Of a stretch of 64,000 nucleotides of DNA, positions 1 to 13,936 are shown one piece after another. The DNA is from Octopus sinensis (taxonomy: Eukaryota). The translations under genes and the position numbers were made by a program. The stretch is from assembly GCF_006345805.1 (NCBI RefSeq), contig NC_042997.1, positions 89,404,001 through 89,468,000 of the forward strand, written 5' to 3'. Within the stretch, counting starts at the first letter, position 1, and every line of letters starts with the position of its first letter. Below the pieces are notes generated by a model. The model had not been told where the DNA came from and searched no databases. It worked only from the letters and a program-made list of their open reading frames with translations.

Positions 1-451
1 ATTTTGGAAAGGAAAGGCTAAGGAAAAGTGGTAAGTGTATGGGGTGGGATGCAAACAATATGGGTAACAAGATGAGTGAGTTAAGAGGGATGGGTGAGGT
101 AGTACAAGAACATATCTAGAAGACAAGATGGAAAAATATAATGTAGATGAGTATTGATGTTTTCTTTAATTTGTTGAAAGAAGATTTGATAAGTATTGTC
201 TTTTGTATATGACCTTTATGCTATAAATAGCTCATGCATCAAATATTTAGCTCAATATGTCATCACTGCACGTGCTAATTTTATAATCCTCATCAAAGAC
301 TTAACATAATAAAGTTTTATCTAAATTGACATCAGTTTCTCCTTAAGTCTTAAAGATACTCTAGTTTTGGATAGTTGCTAACCCTTTGATGGCATAAATA
401 CACTCCACATAAGAATACTACCAATATTTGTGTACACAAATATAATCCATG

Positions 452-528
<77 letters not shown>

Positions 529-1347
529 AATCGCATGCACTTACATTAAACTGCATCCTAGAAAGAGATCTTAAGAAAAACTCCCTTTCATTAACAAATG
601 GCTCATTGTTCTTCTTCATCTCACTTGTCTCTTCTACAATGACATCTACTTCTTTTGTATTGCTAACTCTGTCATCTCCATCTCATCTTTTCACTATATA
701 TGTTTCTTCCAGTTTCATGCTAAACATGTTGCCAGAACTTCATCTTTCTCAAACACTATATCACACTTCTCACAGTTAATTAAATTAAAATTAAACATGA
801 ACCACACTACTTTAGCCTTCCTCAATCTTCCAATCTATGAGGACTTAAGAGGCTTAAAGGCTCTGACTAATGAATAATAATGAATATTGAGTCTCACATA
901 CACACAAGAATTGATATTTTTAAAGGAAAGAAATGGAAAATTGTGGCTATTGAGCTTTCACTGTTCTACCATACTATCAGTTCCAAATAATTGAATAATA
1001 ACCTTTATCTAGGTACAAATCAGAAATTTGTGGTTGATTATATCAACCCCAATTCTTGATTGGTACTTTATTTTATCAATCCCAGAAGGAGAAAAGGCAA
1101 AATTAACCTCTGTAGGATTTGAACTCTAAATGTAAAAAGCTGGAACAAACACTGCAAAGCATTTTGCTTGACACTTAAATGGTCACCAGTCCACCATTTT
1201 GGGACTAGACCACCATCATTATCATCTCTTCTACTTGCAGTGTGTCAGACATTGTATGAGAGCGAATGACCTTCTTATATAGAGATTGCTGCTTTTCCAT
1301 TAAAATTTTTTCTCTTCTGTGAGTAAATGTGACATTGAAAAGATCTC

Positions 1348-1379
<32 letters not shown>

Positions 1380-2151
1380 ACACACATTCATTCTAGTTTC
1401 TATGAAGTCATATCTACCAGATTTGTTTGCCTTTCTCCTTTCAGTCAAAAACTTTTGCTGAGGAAGGTGAGAGACCATGGGAGTGAGCCCTACTGTGTAT
1501 AGTGCAATGAAACTTGCACTACTGAGCTCTCTTTGCCTCACAATCTTTCGATTGATATACCACAAAGTTTAGTTGTGTCTCCAACACACTTATGTCGTTA
1601 ATGACTTGCTTTCTGTTACACCAATTTTCTTGGTAACATTCACATACAATCTAGATAATTCATGCTAGACATGCACTACTTCTGTGTACAAAGGTCTTGA
1701 AGAATATTTAATGGCAACATAACTTAGTTACCTTCAGAACTACAAAGGTATAATTGCTACTTATACTAATAAATTACACTTACTCTATGTGTGAACAACA
1801 TGAAACTAAAGCTTTCAGTTGCTATGAAGGTTAAGCTTGAAAATCATTAACCTCCTATGGTGACTTCACATATATAATGTTGACAAATGTGTATCTTTAG
1901 GCCAAAATATATTCCACTTTTGTTTATTTATAGGCTCTTTATAAATCTTAAATATAACCTACATTGAAGACTGTTCACATGTCAGTGATAGTATGGCTGC
2001 TAGACACTAACACTTTAGATTGCACAGAATAAAAGAAAAACCATCCAACTGATTACAAATATTTGCTAACCAACACACTACATCCTATTAGTTCACACAT
2101 GGGTTCTTCTCTCTCCCACTTATTGTGCTACTACAACAAACTTTGTTTCTA

Positions 2152-2373
2152 TAACCCATTAGCATTTAAACTGGTTATATCCAGCCCAGATAGTCTACTT
2201 GTTTCATGTTCAAACTGGCCAGATCCAGCCTCTCACACCTACCCTACAATGTCATTCTAAAAATAAGCCATCACATCTTTAAAATCTTGAAGCTACAAGA
2301 TATTACATGATTAATTTTCAAAAATGTGAATAAATAAATACATTTGACAAAGTAATCTGAATGCTAAAGGGCT
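2152..2373. mobile_element. piggyBac-like MITE family A (other copies 30466-30690, 37926-38135; partial 17440-17551, 27540-27655, 58447-58505)
   Basis: Termini TAACCC(T/A)TTAGCATT...AATGCTAAAGGG; about 220 bp; multiple copies in the window; no ORF. Confidence 0.7.
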
Positions 2374-4273
2374 GAACTAGCTGTCTGCATACCAACTCTA
2401 CCCAGTTCACCTTGCTCACTTGTCTCTTTTTATCTTGTCATCCTGTTCATGACTCTTCCCATCCCAGATTTTGTGCAGAACACTTTACCTAATTTGTTCT
2501 TGTGTATCCCTCTAAAATTGCCTCTTGAACATATTGTTGTTGTTCTTTAGTCCTAAGACAGTTGTGCTTGAGCAAACATATTCATCTTCTATTTTTAGGA
2601 GTGTTAAGGGTCACATTATATAAAATATGTTTTTCTTGTTATTCTCTTTTTTAAGACAGAAGGGTATTATCTGAGGGAGACTTTGTTGCTGTTTAGAACA
2701 GTTTCGATGACCATGCAGAAGTGTTTTTCCTGTGTTTTTAAACTAAATATCCATTTCATCAATTTAGATGAGCCTATCTAAAAATAAATAAATAAATAAC
2801 TAAAAGAAAAAATAAAAGGATGAAAGAAAAATTAAAAAGGTGTTGCAGATGTCACAGTGGTATGTAGTGGTTCCTCTTAGTAGCAAGACTCTCACTTTCA
2901 GAAAGTAGCTAAAAGTTGTTTACAAGCTGAACTGAATCATAAGCATTTGCTTCAGTGGGGTGTTTAAAGCACTTGAGCATTGTGGCTATTAAGAAAATAG
3001 TAACACTACTTCCACAAATCTGCATCAATATATGATATGGAAAAAGAGATTTTTCTGTGGATAGTGATGCAGAATAGAATGAATACTATATTACTTAATG
3101 TAATCCATGAAGAGTTGCATATCTGAAATAAAAACCTGTTGATGAAACCCATGGGCCACAAATATTAATAACTTCTGTTTACTGAAGAGAGTAGTAGTGG
3201 GTGTTGATCTATGGCTTGGTTGTATTATACATGATGTAGAAGGAATGGATTGAATGTAATATAGCAGTGAAGTCTAGTCTTTGGAATGGATTGATTATAC
3301 ATTTAGCTGTGAGACTCAGTTCATGGAGCAATGTTATTATGTTCTTTTATTCTTTTAATTGTTTCAGTTATTGGACTGAATTGATTCTTATATAGCATCA
3401 AACTGTCATGGTTCATGTTGATGGATTGTGATGCAGCTAGGAGGTCTATTCTGTAACTGAACTGACTGCTATATAGCAGTGACGTCTTGGTGTCTGATCT
3501 ATGTAGCAGATAGATAGGAATGTATATAAAACTGAATGAACATCAGAAGATGCTAGCGCACATGACTATTCTATACAACTGACTTCTATGAATTAATGTA
3601 GAATGAATCAAAGTTGGGTTCAAATAAAAGGGAATTGTTTTGCTTTGAACCTGATATGAAAAATGGTAATATTAATATGTTAAAGCCTTAAAGAAAGCAG
3701 CGAGTACATCTTTCAATGCATGACAACAAATGGCATCGGATACCAGCTACTGCTGTGCATCAGATGGTAAACAGTTGGTGGACTTGGAACTAAGATATAT
3801 GAATTGATAGCAAGTGGGAAATATTAGCTGTTAAAATATAGCTGTTAAGTAAAGCTTAAATGAGAAAAGTATGTTGTATAGAAATCATGATTTAGTTATA
3901 TATGTCTACTATGTTTGTGTTTATTTCAGAATTAGAGCAAAACAAATCTAATTTCTAAATATGTGGATAGGAATTTGGTGCAAATAAGTTTACACAAGAT
4001 CTTCCGATAAGCATGATTGAACATGTGAGCTCTGTAAAGGTTGGTAAGATATACTTACAGAGTTTCTAGGAAATAAAATATTTTTAGATGGATAGTAATC
4101 TATATGGCTGTTAGACATAATTTCATATATAATTAGTTATGATCCTTGAAATTCTGAGTTCAAATCCTGCTGAAGTTGTCTTTGCTATTCATCCTTCTGG
4201 AAGTCAATAAAGTAAATACTAGTCAATAACTGAGGTATATATGAGTCTATGTTAGAAATCGCCATGTTTATAG

Positions 4274-4688
4274 GTGCAGGCAATGGTTGTGTGGTTAAAA
4301 AGCTTTCTTCCCAACCACATGGCTTCATGTTTAGTTCCAGTGCCTGGCACCTTGGGCAAATGTCTTGTACTATAACTACAGGCCAATCAATCCCTTGTGA
4401 GTGAATTTGATAGACAGAAACTGTGTGGAAGCCAGTTATGTATATGAATGTGTGTGTGTAAGCACGTGCACACATGTCTTTGTGTTTGTCACCTCTGCCA
4501 TCTGACAAATGGTGTTAGTTTATTTACTTCCATGTAACCTAGCAGTTCAGCAAAAGAAACTGATAGAATAAGTATTAGACTTTATTAAAAAAATATGTAC
4601 TGGGGTTGATTTGTTTGACTAAATCCTTCAAGGCAGTGTTGTAGCATGGCCACAACCCATTGACTGAAATTAGTAAAGGCTAAAAGAT
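4274..4688 (+). mobile_element. tRNA-derived SINE family 1, diverged copy
   Basis: Box A-like TGGTTGTGTGG, CACCTTGGGCAA core, internal TG microsatellite and shared tail. Confidence 0.75.
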
Positions 4689-5059
4689 CAGTAAATGTAG
4701 CTGGCTAAATTTATATGGTCTTGATCTAATGATAAGGGATTTTTATGGCTCAGTTCACCTGGCCATAAATAGATACTTGAAAGGTACATTATCTTTTATA
4801 AATGTCAAGTGGCTGCATGATTGACAAGTGTTTGCTTTCTGTTTTAATTTTTTTTTAAGGATTTAAAGTTAGGCTCAAATCTTCCCTTGGCCCAAACTCT
4901 GTAGACCAGGGATCTTATTCGAGAACAAGATGTCTTTTGAATGCTGAACACTTTGACATACATTTAGCTTTGGAAAGTAGTTGTCAGTAAAAAAAGATTA
5001 TTTTTCTGTAGTGATAAATTTCAGTTATCAGTAGATGTAGCTATGGCTACAACAACAAC

Positions 5060-5660
5060 AACATCATCATCATCATCATCGTTTAATGTCTGTTTTCTAT
5101 GCTGGCATGAGTTGGATGGTTTGACTGAAGTTATGAAAGCCAGTGGCTGCACCAGGCTCCAATCTGATCTTGCAATGTTTCCACAGCTGGATGCCCTTTC
5201 TAATGCCAACAACTCCGAGAGTGTAGTGGGTGCTTTTTATGTGCCACCAGCACAGGAGCCAGTCAGGCAGGTCTGGCATCAAATGCATTCGGATAGTGCT
5301 TTTTACGTGCCACCAGCATGGGAACCAGTCAGCAGGTACTGGCATTGGCCACACTTGAATGGAGCTTTTTATGTGCCACCAGCACAGGAGCCAGTCAGGG
5401 GGCACTGGCCACAGCTATGATTTTGGTTTTACTTGACTCAACAGGTCTTTTCAAGCATATCATATTGCCCAACACATCAAGGGTACTTTTAAATGGGCCG
5501 GACATGCATGGCTGTGATTTCACTTTAGTTGCTGGGTCTTCTCAATTGCAGTATATTTCCAAAGGTCTAGGTCTTCTGTCATTGCCTCTGTGAGGCCCAA
5601 CATTCGAAGATCATGCTTCACCACCTCATCCCATATCTTCCTGGATCTACCTCTTCCATG
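5060..5660 (-). mobile_element. RTE-clade LINE 3' end with internal tandem ~66 bp units and (GAT)n tail
   Basis: Reverse complement of the 3' UTR that follows RTE coding sequence at 44230-44770 and 12090-12562. Confidence 0.75.
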
Positions 5661-5699
5661 CTGTCAAAATTTTGCCCGGTGTGCTAATGGTTCTGCCAT

Positions 5700-6120
5700 T
5701 AATAAAAATTGCTGCCTTTAATAAAAAGAAATATAGAGATTTGCATTAAAATTGGAAAAAATGTGGCATCTCAAGATGATTGCAATACCAGTGATTATTG
5801 GAGCACTAGGAATGAAAGAAAAAGGACCTGAAATTTATTTGAGAATGATCCCTGCAAGAAGTGCAAAGAATCGTTTTAACTGGTACTTCACTCATATTGA
5901 GAAGAGCATTGTTGCTGTGAGAACAATAACCTTCCATGCAAATGATTTGTTTTCTACATAACTTTATTTGATTTTGTAAATGAACAATTTGGTGTGTTCA
6001 TTTTAACGGTTTATAAATGTATACAGTGAGTTTCTTTGCCCTAGGTGCCAGAAAGACACTCAGCAAGAAATGGAAACAAAATTGAAAGAAGAAGAAAAAC
6101 TCATAATAATAATAATAATA
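5700..6120 (+). mobile_element. R4/Dong-like (restriction-like endonuclease) retrotransposon 3' fragment
   Basis: EKMWHLKMIAIPVIIGALG matches the C-terminal 'MW.....IP..IGALG' motif of RLE elements; ends in an (AAT)n run. Confidence 0.7.
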
Positions 6121-6121
6121 A

Positions 6122-6580
6122 TGCTTTCTACTAAAGGCACAAGGCCTGAAATTTATGGGAAGGGGACTTGTCAGTTACATTGACCCTAGTGCTTCACTGG
6201 TACTTAATTTATTGACCTTGAAAAGATGAAAGGCAAAGTTGATCTCAGTGGAATTTGAACTCAGAATGTAAAGACGAGCAGAAATACCATTAAGCATTTT
6301 GCCTGGCATGCTAACGATTCTGCCAGCTCTCCACATCTTTCATAATAACAATAATAATAATGGTTTCAAATTTTGCATAGGGCTAGCAGTTTTTGAAGGG
6401 TTGGAGAAGTCAATTACATTGATCCCAGTATTTGACTGGTACTTATTTCATTGATCCCTAAGTGATGAAGGCTAAAGTTGACCTTAGTGGAATTTGAACT
6501 TCCAATGTAAAGAGTCAAGACGAATGTGTCTAAGCATTTTGTCTGGTGCTCTAACAATTTTGTCAGCTTGCTGCCTTAAT
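6122..6580 (-). mobile_element. Two tandem copies of tRNA-derived SINE family 2 (Meta-domain-like)
   Basis: Minus strand reads GAGCTGGCAGAATCGTTAGC...GAGTTCAAATTCC...GCCTTTCATC...AAGTACCAG; box B GAGTTCAAATTCC. Confidence 0.75.
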
Positions 6581-7589
6581 AATAACAACAACGATGATGA
6601 TGATATCACAATATATTGGTAGCTTATTGACTAGTTTGTCATTTTAACAGTCACTTTAATTGCATATGACAGCTGTGTTAAATAATTACCTTGTTCTATG
6701 TAGTCCAGAGTCAATAATGTTCACTAGACCTTCTTAATTAAATACACATGCCAGAAAATCAATGAAAATATTGTAGCTTTGTATAAATATGCTAGTGTAT
6801 GAGAGTGTTGGCTTGTAGATCCTTCTGAGATACATGTCTTTTCTGTTTATAATTAATTCCTCAGGAAGAAGTAGGTCTTTCCTCTACTGAAGTTACACAA
6901 AGACTAGACAACTGTAGAAATAGGTGATAAACCGATGGTGAATCAGTCTGTTAGATTCAGATTCATAAAAGGTATGCAAATCAAAAGTCTGGAGCCAATG
7001 TGAGAGCCTCTTCATATTTGCTCAGTCTGCTAGAAATAGCAGCCAAATCTCTCTCAAATAACGCCTTACTGTCTTAAAAGAGGACATGTTGATCAGTTAG
7101 TTTTTGACCTATAAGATTAGTTGTGTATTTTTGTTGTGGTTTGAACATCTGCACTATAAGCACAGGCATGGCTGTGTGGTAAGAAACTTGCTTCCCAACT
7201 ACATGGTTCTGGGTTCAGTCCCACTGAATGGCACCTTAGGTAAGTGTCTTCTGCTATACCCTTGGGCTGACTAAAGCTTTATGAGTGGATTTGGAGGACA
7301 GAAACTGAAAGAAGCCCACCATATATATATGTACATATGATGGATTCTCTCATTGGTTTCAGTGGATGTGGATCTGATCTGATAACCTACTCTTACTTTG
7401 TCAGTCACAATGCTTATGTTGAATGTAACATTTAAATTCTGCCAACGATTTGCAAAAAAGCCCCAAAAAGATGCTGCAAGTATGAGGATTACAGGTCAGT
7501 GCAGGTGGTATATTTGCAGCCATTTTTCACCTTTGCTTTGCACTGCTAAGCCTATTCATGCTGGTGGCAACAAAGTTGTATCATTTTGA

Positions 7590-8200
7590 CACAGTGATCT
7601 CCATTTTGTTCACTCCAGGGTATTTACTCAAAGGTGTTGTGAGCTATTTTCATCGCTGAGAGGTTACTCTTCAGCTTGTCCTTATATTTGAGCCATGGTT
7701 GACCAACATTCCTGTGCCCACTATCAAGCTGGCTGTACATGAGGACTTTAGGTATTCTTTCGTCACTTGTTCTGACGATATGGCCTGCCCAGTGCAATTG
7801 CAACTGCATAAGGAAGCTCTCGATTCCACCAATATTACATTTGCTAAGCAGGTTGGCATTAGAAACTCTGTCTTTTAGTGAATAACCGCAGATTGTCCTG
7901 AGATAGCCTTTGTGGAAGATGTTTAGTTGGTTACTGTGTTGTCTATAGAATATCCAAGATTCTGAGCTATGGAAGAGAGTAGTAAGAATGGCAGCTTTAC
8001 AGACATGTACTTTAGTGTCAAGTTTAATGCCCCTTTCATTCCATAGGCAATGATGGAGTTTTTCAAATGCATTGGTTGCCTTTGCAAGACGATTGATAAT
8101 TTCATCATCAAGGGAAGCGCTTGAATTCACTTTACTACCAAGATGTGTAAATGACTTCACATAATTTAGGTTTTACCCTTCAACCTGTATAGGATCTTCA
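7590..8200 (-). mobile_element. RTE/BovB-like LINE RT C-terminal fragment (decayed)
   Basis: FTHLGS...DEIINRLAKA...SESW...QLHWAGHIVR..DERIPK..MY...G.R..GQP...YKD.LK motifs. Confidence 0.9.
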
Positions 8201-8889
8201 GGAAAATTGTGAACTGGTGGCCTCTGCTTGACTTCTCAAATTTGCTTAGGAGTAGGGCAAGGCTGTGTTTGTGTCTGTGTTTGTCTCCCCACCATTGTTT
8301 GACAACTGATGTTTGTGTGTTTACATTCCATGACTTAGCAGTTTGGCAAAAGAGACCAATAGAAAAAGTACTTGGCTTGCAAAGTATAAGTCCTGAGGTC
8401 AATTTCTTTGACTAAAAACCCTTTGAAATGTTGCTCCAGCATGGCTGCAGTCAAATGACTGAAACAAGTAAAAGAATAAAAAAATAGATCTGCTCAATGC
8501 CTCTTAAAATTTACTTTATAAAAGTCAGTGACTATAGCAGGTACATTATTTACATTTGATGGATATTTGTCCTCATCTTGTTTGTTAACTCAACGTTTCG
8601 GCTGATATAATCGAGAGAACTTGCTGAGCAGCCAGTGTTGAAGTTTTGATTTAGCCAAGCATCACATGCTCAACTACCAGACTCACTTATGGACTACTAA
8701 AATCCATTGGATCCAATCAAACTGTTCAATCCAAGCTAGCATTGAATACGGATGTTGTTGATGATGTATGTATATTGCACATTCATTATAAATAAGGTTG
8801 GTAGATAAAGCTATATTTGTGCATTATCCTCCATACATTATAAATAACCAGGGGTGGTAAATATTACTTGTATTGTATGTACATTGGGC

Positions 8890-9600
8890 AATGATTGAAG
8901 ATCAACTAACCTGTCTGTTTTGAAGAACTTTTGGGCCTGGGTCTATGGATAACTTCCAGAAATCCCTTGCCTGGCAGTGCTGCCGAGGGGCACTGCCTGT
9001 TTGGGATAAACTTTACAGGCACGGAAGTGTCATCATCTAGGCCTGCCCAAGGTGCGCCCAGAACAATGAAACCATTCTGCATGCCCTAGTCCAGTGCCTG
9101 AGTATTGCTGACTTGTGGGTTTATGTCGAACACTTGGTGTCATGTGTACGATGGATCTGGCTATCAGCTGAATCCATAGTGAAGATTGCACTGCTGCCCT
9201 CTTTTGGCCAGGAGGGGCAGGCAATTTTTATTTGTCTAGTGGCTGTAGCTAAAGAGGTAATATGGTGGACCTGTTTGAAAGGGCTAAAGACAAACACATT
9301 CCTCTTTAGCCAAGCCCTCATCAACTTTTTCAAGCTTCACTTGAAAATGAAGTTGAGGGTGGAGAGGGAAGTGTTGCCTTGTAGCAGGTTTGTTGAAAGG
9401 TGGGTGAATATTGGAAGAATGGCCAGAAAGAGAGGAACAATTCTGAGCATGCACCTGTTAAAAGGTAATCAAAGAAGGGCTCTTCCCCTGTTGCTTTTGT
9501 GGGTGCAAAGCCCCATTGTATCATCCTGTTTTTGTCTTTTATGTTGTTGCATGTCTCTTAATGTTTTGTATGTGAGTTCTTGTGGCCATTAAAAGAATTA
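8890..9600 (+). mobile_element. Tx1/L1-clade LINE ORF2 3' fragment (zf-RVT region)
   Basis: Frame reads LAWQCCRGALPV...(TAG at 9038) CPRCAQNNETILHALVQC...VAKEVIWW...FVERW, i.e. a CxxC..ET..H...C zinc knuckle and Tx1-type C-terminus. Confidence 0.75.
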
Positions 9601-10150
9601 ATTGTATGTGCATTGACCTTTCATTACAAATAGAGTCAGGGCAGGTCAAGTCTCATTTGATCAGTGAACAAGTTTAAACAGGTCAGAAATTACTTAAAAG
9701 TATATTGGTTTGTCTTGTTACTCATAGCAATAAGTAAATACCACTGTATTTATTGTGAGAGTGATTAGATGGATATACAGCAGTATTTCTTCTGACAAGT
9801 GTATGACCAAGGTTACTACTTTTGACATCCACTGTGCATTAATATAAATTAATTAATAGAAACACAATATATTTGGTTCTCAATTATCATAAATATTCTG
9901 GTAAGATTTACTTTCACATCTACTTTGTATTATTTAACTTATATTTGTCAATCTATACACACAACATTTTTAAGCTAAAAGGGAGAATATATATATATAA
10001 GTATATATTGTATATTCTCATCATTATCATTTTAACCATCACTTTTCTATGCTTGTATGGGTTCGACAAAATTTGTTAAAGCAGATTTTCTGCAACCAGA
10101 TGTTCTTTTTATCATCAACCCTCAATCATTTCATTATTTCCAGACAGACA

Positions 10151-10207
<57 letters not shown>

Positions 10208-10809
10208 TAAGATACAGATATTTTTTTTACTGATTTTTAATTACCATCCCTATTTCTTTTGCTTCTAATAAAAAAATATTTCCATCGTCTTCACCATTAA
10301 AGAATTAGTAGCCTTCAACTCCAAAAAGTTAAGGAAATACAGTTGGTATGAATTTTGATTATTGTCTTCGTCATTTGTTGAAGTTTTAACCTTTTGTTGA
10401 ATTGATAGAAAAGTCTTGTAACATTTAATAGTTTCTCTCTGTATATATTAAATTTTTTTCTTGTTCATGGTGAGCTTCATTAAAAGAGCTAAGTCCATGA
10501 GCTGCTATTGCGTCTAGATTAAAGTAAATTCATTCAATTATTTTACTGGTACATCCCCATGTTAACATCCCATGCTTACATGGGTCAGATGGAATTTGTT
10601 GGGGAACATTTTCTATGACCAAATGACCTTGTTACCAATCCTCACCTGTTTCCATGTAGGCTAACAGTTCCCCATGACTAGACATGTCTTGGAAGATTGG
10701 AAATGGAGGACACTGCTTGAATGATGGTTACATACATTTCCAGCTGTCACATGATTTCAAGGCAAGGATAAAACACACACGCACGCGCGCACGCACACAC
10801 ACACACACA

Positions 10810-10850
<41 letters not shown>

Positions 10851-10852
10851 CT

Positions 10853-11210
10853 TTTATTCTTTTATTTGTTTCAGTCATTTTACTGTAGCCATGCTGAAGC
10901 ACCACCTTGAAGTATTTTTGCCAAACAATTCAACCCCAGGACTTATTTTCTAAGTCCTTGTACTTATTCTATTGGTCTCTTTGCTGAACTGCTAAGTTAC
11001 AGGGACATATGCACACCGACACCGGTTGTCAAGCAATGGTCGGGGAACAAACACAGATACAAAGACACACACACACATATATTCAACAGGTTTCTTTCAG
11101 TTTCCACTTGCCAAATCCACTCACAAGGCTTTGATCAGCCTGAGGCTTTAGTAGAAGACACTTGCCCAAGGTGTCATGCAGTGGGATTGAACCCGGAACT
11201 ATATGGTTGA
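10853..11210 (-). mobile_element. tRNA-derived SINE family 1 copy
   Basis: Reverse complement of the family-1 sequence; abuts the RTE fragment. Confidence 0.8.
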
Positions 11211-11214
11211 GTCC

Positions 11215-12562
11215 CCCCTCGACCCAAGGTAATGTGGTGGTGGAACAATGTTGTTAACAGGGCTATCAGAGAAAAGAAACAGGCTTGGAAGGACTGGAAG
11301 AACGGTGGTAACAGGGAATTGTATCAGACTACCAAAAGGGGAGCTAGGAGACAGGTTTATTTAGGCAGAGGAGAAGCAGATAAGAAAAAATTTGCCAATG
11401 TTCTGCACTGTGAGGACCAAAAACTTGAAGTATTTTGTGTTGCAAGACAGTGTGTGAGAGAGAATCGTGATGTCGTAGAAGAGAAATGTGTTTGCATGGA
11501 TGATGGTTCACTTGCGTTAAACGAGACTGCAAAGAGAGAGGTTTGGAGATGCTACTATGAAAGGTTGCTCAATAAAGAGAATGAATCGGAGAAAGAGAGT
11601 CTGCCGAATGTTGACCCAATAGAGGGACTAGCTACCAGAATTGACAGTACCTTGGTAGATAAAGCAATTAAGAATATGAAGACAGGGAAAGCCCCAGGTC
11701 CATCAGGAATCATCGTAGAGATGCTCTGGTGGTGTTGGCTATAGCCTAGTTACCCAGGTGATACACGAAGGAGTCATACCCAATGACTGGTGTAGCAGCA
11801 CCATAGTCAACTGCTACAAAGGTAAAGGTGATGCTTTAGATGCAAATAATTAAAGGTAACAAGTTGTTGGATCAAGTAATGAAGGTCACGGAGAGGCTCA
11901 TAGTCCAACTAATTAGAGAGAGAGTCAGTTTAGATGAGATGCAGTTTGGGTTCGTGGCAGGGAAAAGCACCACTGATGCTATATTTCTGGTAAGACAGCT
12001 GCAGGAGAAATACCTAGCCAAAGCTAAACCTCTGTACATGGCTTTCGTTGACATGGAGAAAGCCTTTGACAGGGTCACCCGATGAAATTCGATGACAGCA
12101 CCGTATGACTGGCACCCGTGCCAGTGGAGCGCTAAGATCTCCATCCGAGCGTAATCGTTGCCAGGGCTGCTGACTGGCTCTCGTGCTGGTGGCACATAAA
12201 ATGCACCATTCAAGCATGATCGTTACCAGCATTGCCTTACTGGCACTTGTGCTGGTGGCATATGAAAAACAACATTCAAGCAAGGTTGTTACCAGTGCTG
12301 CTGGACTGGCTCCTGTGCAGGTGGTATGTAAAAACACCATTTGAGTGTGGCTGTTGCCAGTACCACCTGACTGGCCCTCGTGCCGGTGGCACGTAAAAGC
12401 ACCCACTACACTCTCGGAGTGGTTAGCGTTAAGAAGGGCATCCAGCTGTAGAAACTCTGCCAGATCAGATTGGAGTCTGGTGCAGCCATCTGGGTCACCA
12501 GTCCTCACTCAAACACGCCAACCCATGCCAGCATGGAAAGCGAATGTTAAACGATGATGATG
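11215..12562 (+). mobile_element. RTE-clade LINE fragment, internally deleted (RT N-terminal part joined to 3' UTR)
   Basis: WWWN...MKTGKAPGPSGI...QFGFVAGKSTTDAIF..RQLQEK...FVDMEKAFDRV with frameshifts, then 3' UTR repeats and (GAT)n tail. Confidence 0.92.
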
Positions 12563-13257
12563 AAGCAAGCTTCTTACCACACAGATTTTGGTTGGCCTGA
12601 GGCTGTAGTAGAAGACAGTTGCCAAAAGTGGCATACAGTTGAACTGAATCTAGAACCATGTGGCTGGGAAGCAAACTTTTTGCCACATAGCCATACCTTT
12701 GAAAAAAACAAATGGGGGGGCGTATGATTGTCACAGTACCTTTCTATTTGTAGAAACACATTCACACATAAACAAAGCATATTGCAAATATTAAAATAAC
12801 GAACAAAAAATACTGTGTTTTATACATGATTTATGATGGTAGCATGTGGCAATTAGTTTAGCAGTTCATGCTTCAGATACCCTCCATTGTTCTAGATTTA
12901 GAGACCCCATGCTAATTCATTGCACTGGCAATGTGTTTACCTTAACAACATCTCTTTCTTTGTCCATTCATTCTTTCCCATATCTTCAGGTTTTCTCTAC
13001 ATGGAGGTGTTTCACTATGGCTACAGCCTTTGAGCTGAAACATATAAAAGAAATAACTGATTTTTTATGTGCAAGTCAAGGCAAGTTTTGTTGTATTGCT
13101 TAATTACTTGGTTGTAAAATCTCCCTTTTAACCACTCAGCTTGGTAGTTACCACTCTTCTTTTTTCTACTCTTAACTCCCCTTTCCCTGCCAACTTTAGT
13201 CTAATCTATTTACATTTGCTCTGAGCTAATTTTAGCCATTATCATCACCATCATCAG

Positions 13258-13466
13258 TTAACCCTTTTGATACCAAACTCCCTGTGGTACAAACTTGCTG
13301 TTTTAAAATGATCTAATTTAAAACCCATTAAGATTCTCTGTTAATTTATGTTCCAAACACCAGCTTAATAATGACAAAGTTACTTTTCTAAATTCTTCAT
13401 AATTTTCAAAATTAAATGAAACAAAGGCAATGTTTTTCAACTGAAATATAGTACTGAAAGGGTTAA
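13258..13466. mobile_element. piggyBac-like MITE family B
   Basis: TTAA-CCCTTTTGATAC ... GTACTGAAAGGG-TTAA: inverted termini with TTAA at both ends; related ends at 17586-17605, 25068-25089 and 58549-58570. Confidence 0.72.
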
Positions 13467-13757
13467 TGTCCACTTTTCCATGCTTGCATGGGTCAAATTT
13501 TCTACAGCTGGATGCCCTTCTTGTTGCTAACCCTCACTTGTTCTCTCAGCAAGGCAAATATTTCCCTATGGCCAAACATGTTTTAGAAGAATATTGGAAA
13601 TGAATGACAGTGATACTCATTTACAATTATTATATAGTGTCACGATAAGGAGACACAAATTTACACATACTTACCCAAACACACTCACACACATGCACGT
13701 GCACACATGCAAAAACATATAACAAATCAGAAAATTGGAAATTTGTCGATATTATTT

Positions 13758-13860
13758 ATTCACCATTACATGTGTTTTATCTACTAATAGGAATTACAAA
13801 GTTTTAAATGTTCGATAGATATGTAAGGAATTTCCTATTAGAAATTCTTCAGACAGAAAT
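13758..13860 (-). ncRNA. Decayed type I hammerhead-ribozyme-like motif (Penelope-like remnant)
   Basis: Minus strand: CTGAAGA, stem II ATTTCTAATAGGAA/TTCCTATTAGTAGAT, AAAAC (GAAAC variant), ACAT, GTA. Confidence 0.5.
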
Positions 13861-13936
13861 TTAATAATAAAAATCTTACATTTGGATGAAGTGTTTATAT
13901 TAGTTAGTATATATATATATATATATATATGGCTTT

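Noticed and set aside
1205-1565. Minus-strand ORFs as exons of a third gene
   Set aside because: They span a CT/CA microsatellite, have no usable acceptor and show no recognisable motif.
3930-4040. AG...GT-bounded segment as the missing SPRING1 exon 1
   Set aside because: Stops in all three frames near its start and no basic-plus-transmembrane N-terminus; no convincing exon 1 was found in 1-20260.
5220-5410. Regularly spaced direct repeats resembling a CRISPR array
   Set aside because: The spacers are similar to each other, the unit belongs to the RTE 3' UTR, the context is eukaryotic and there are no cas genes.
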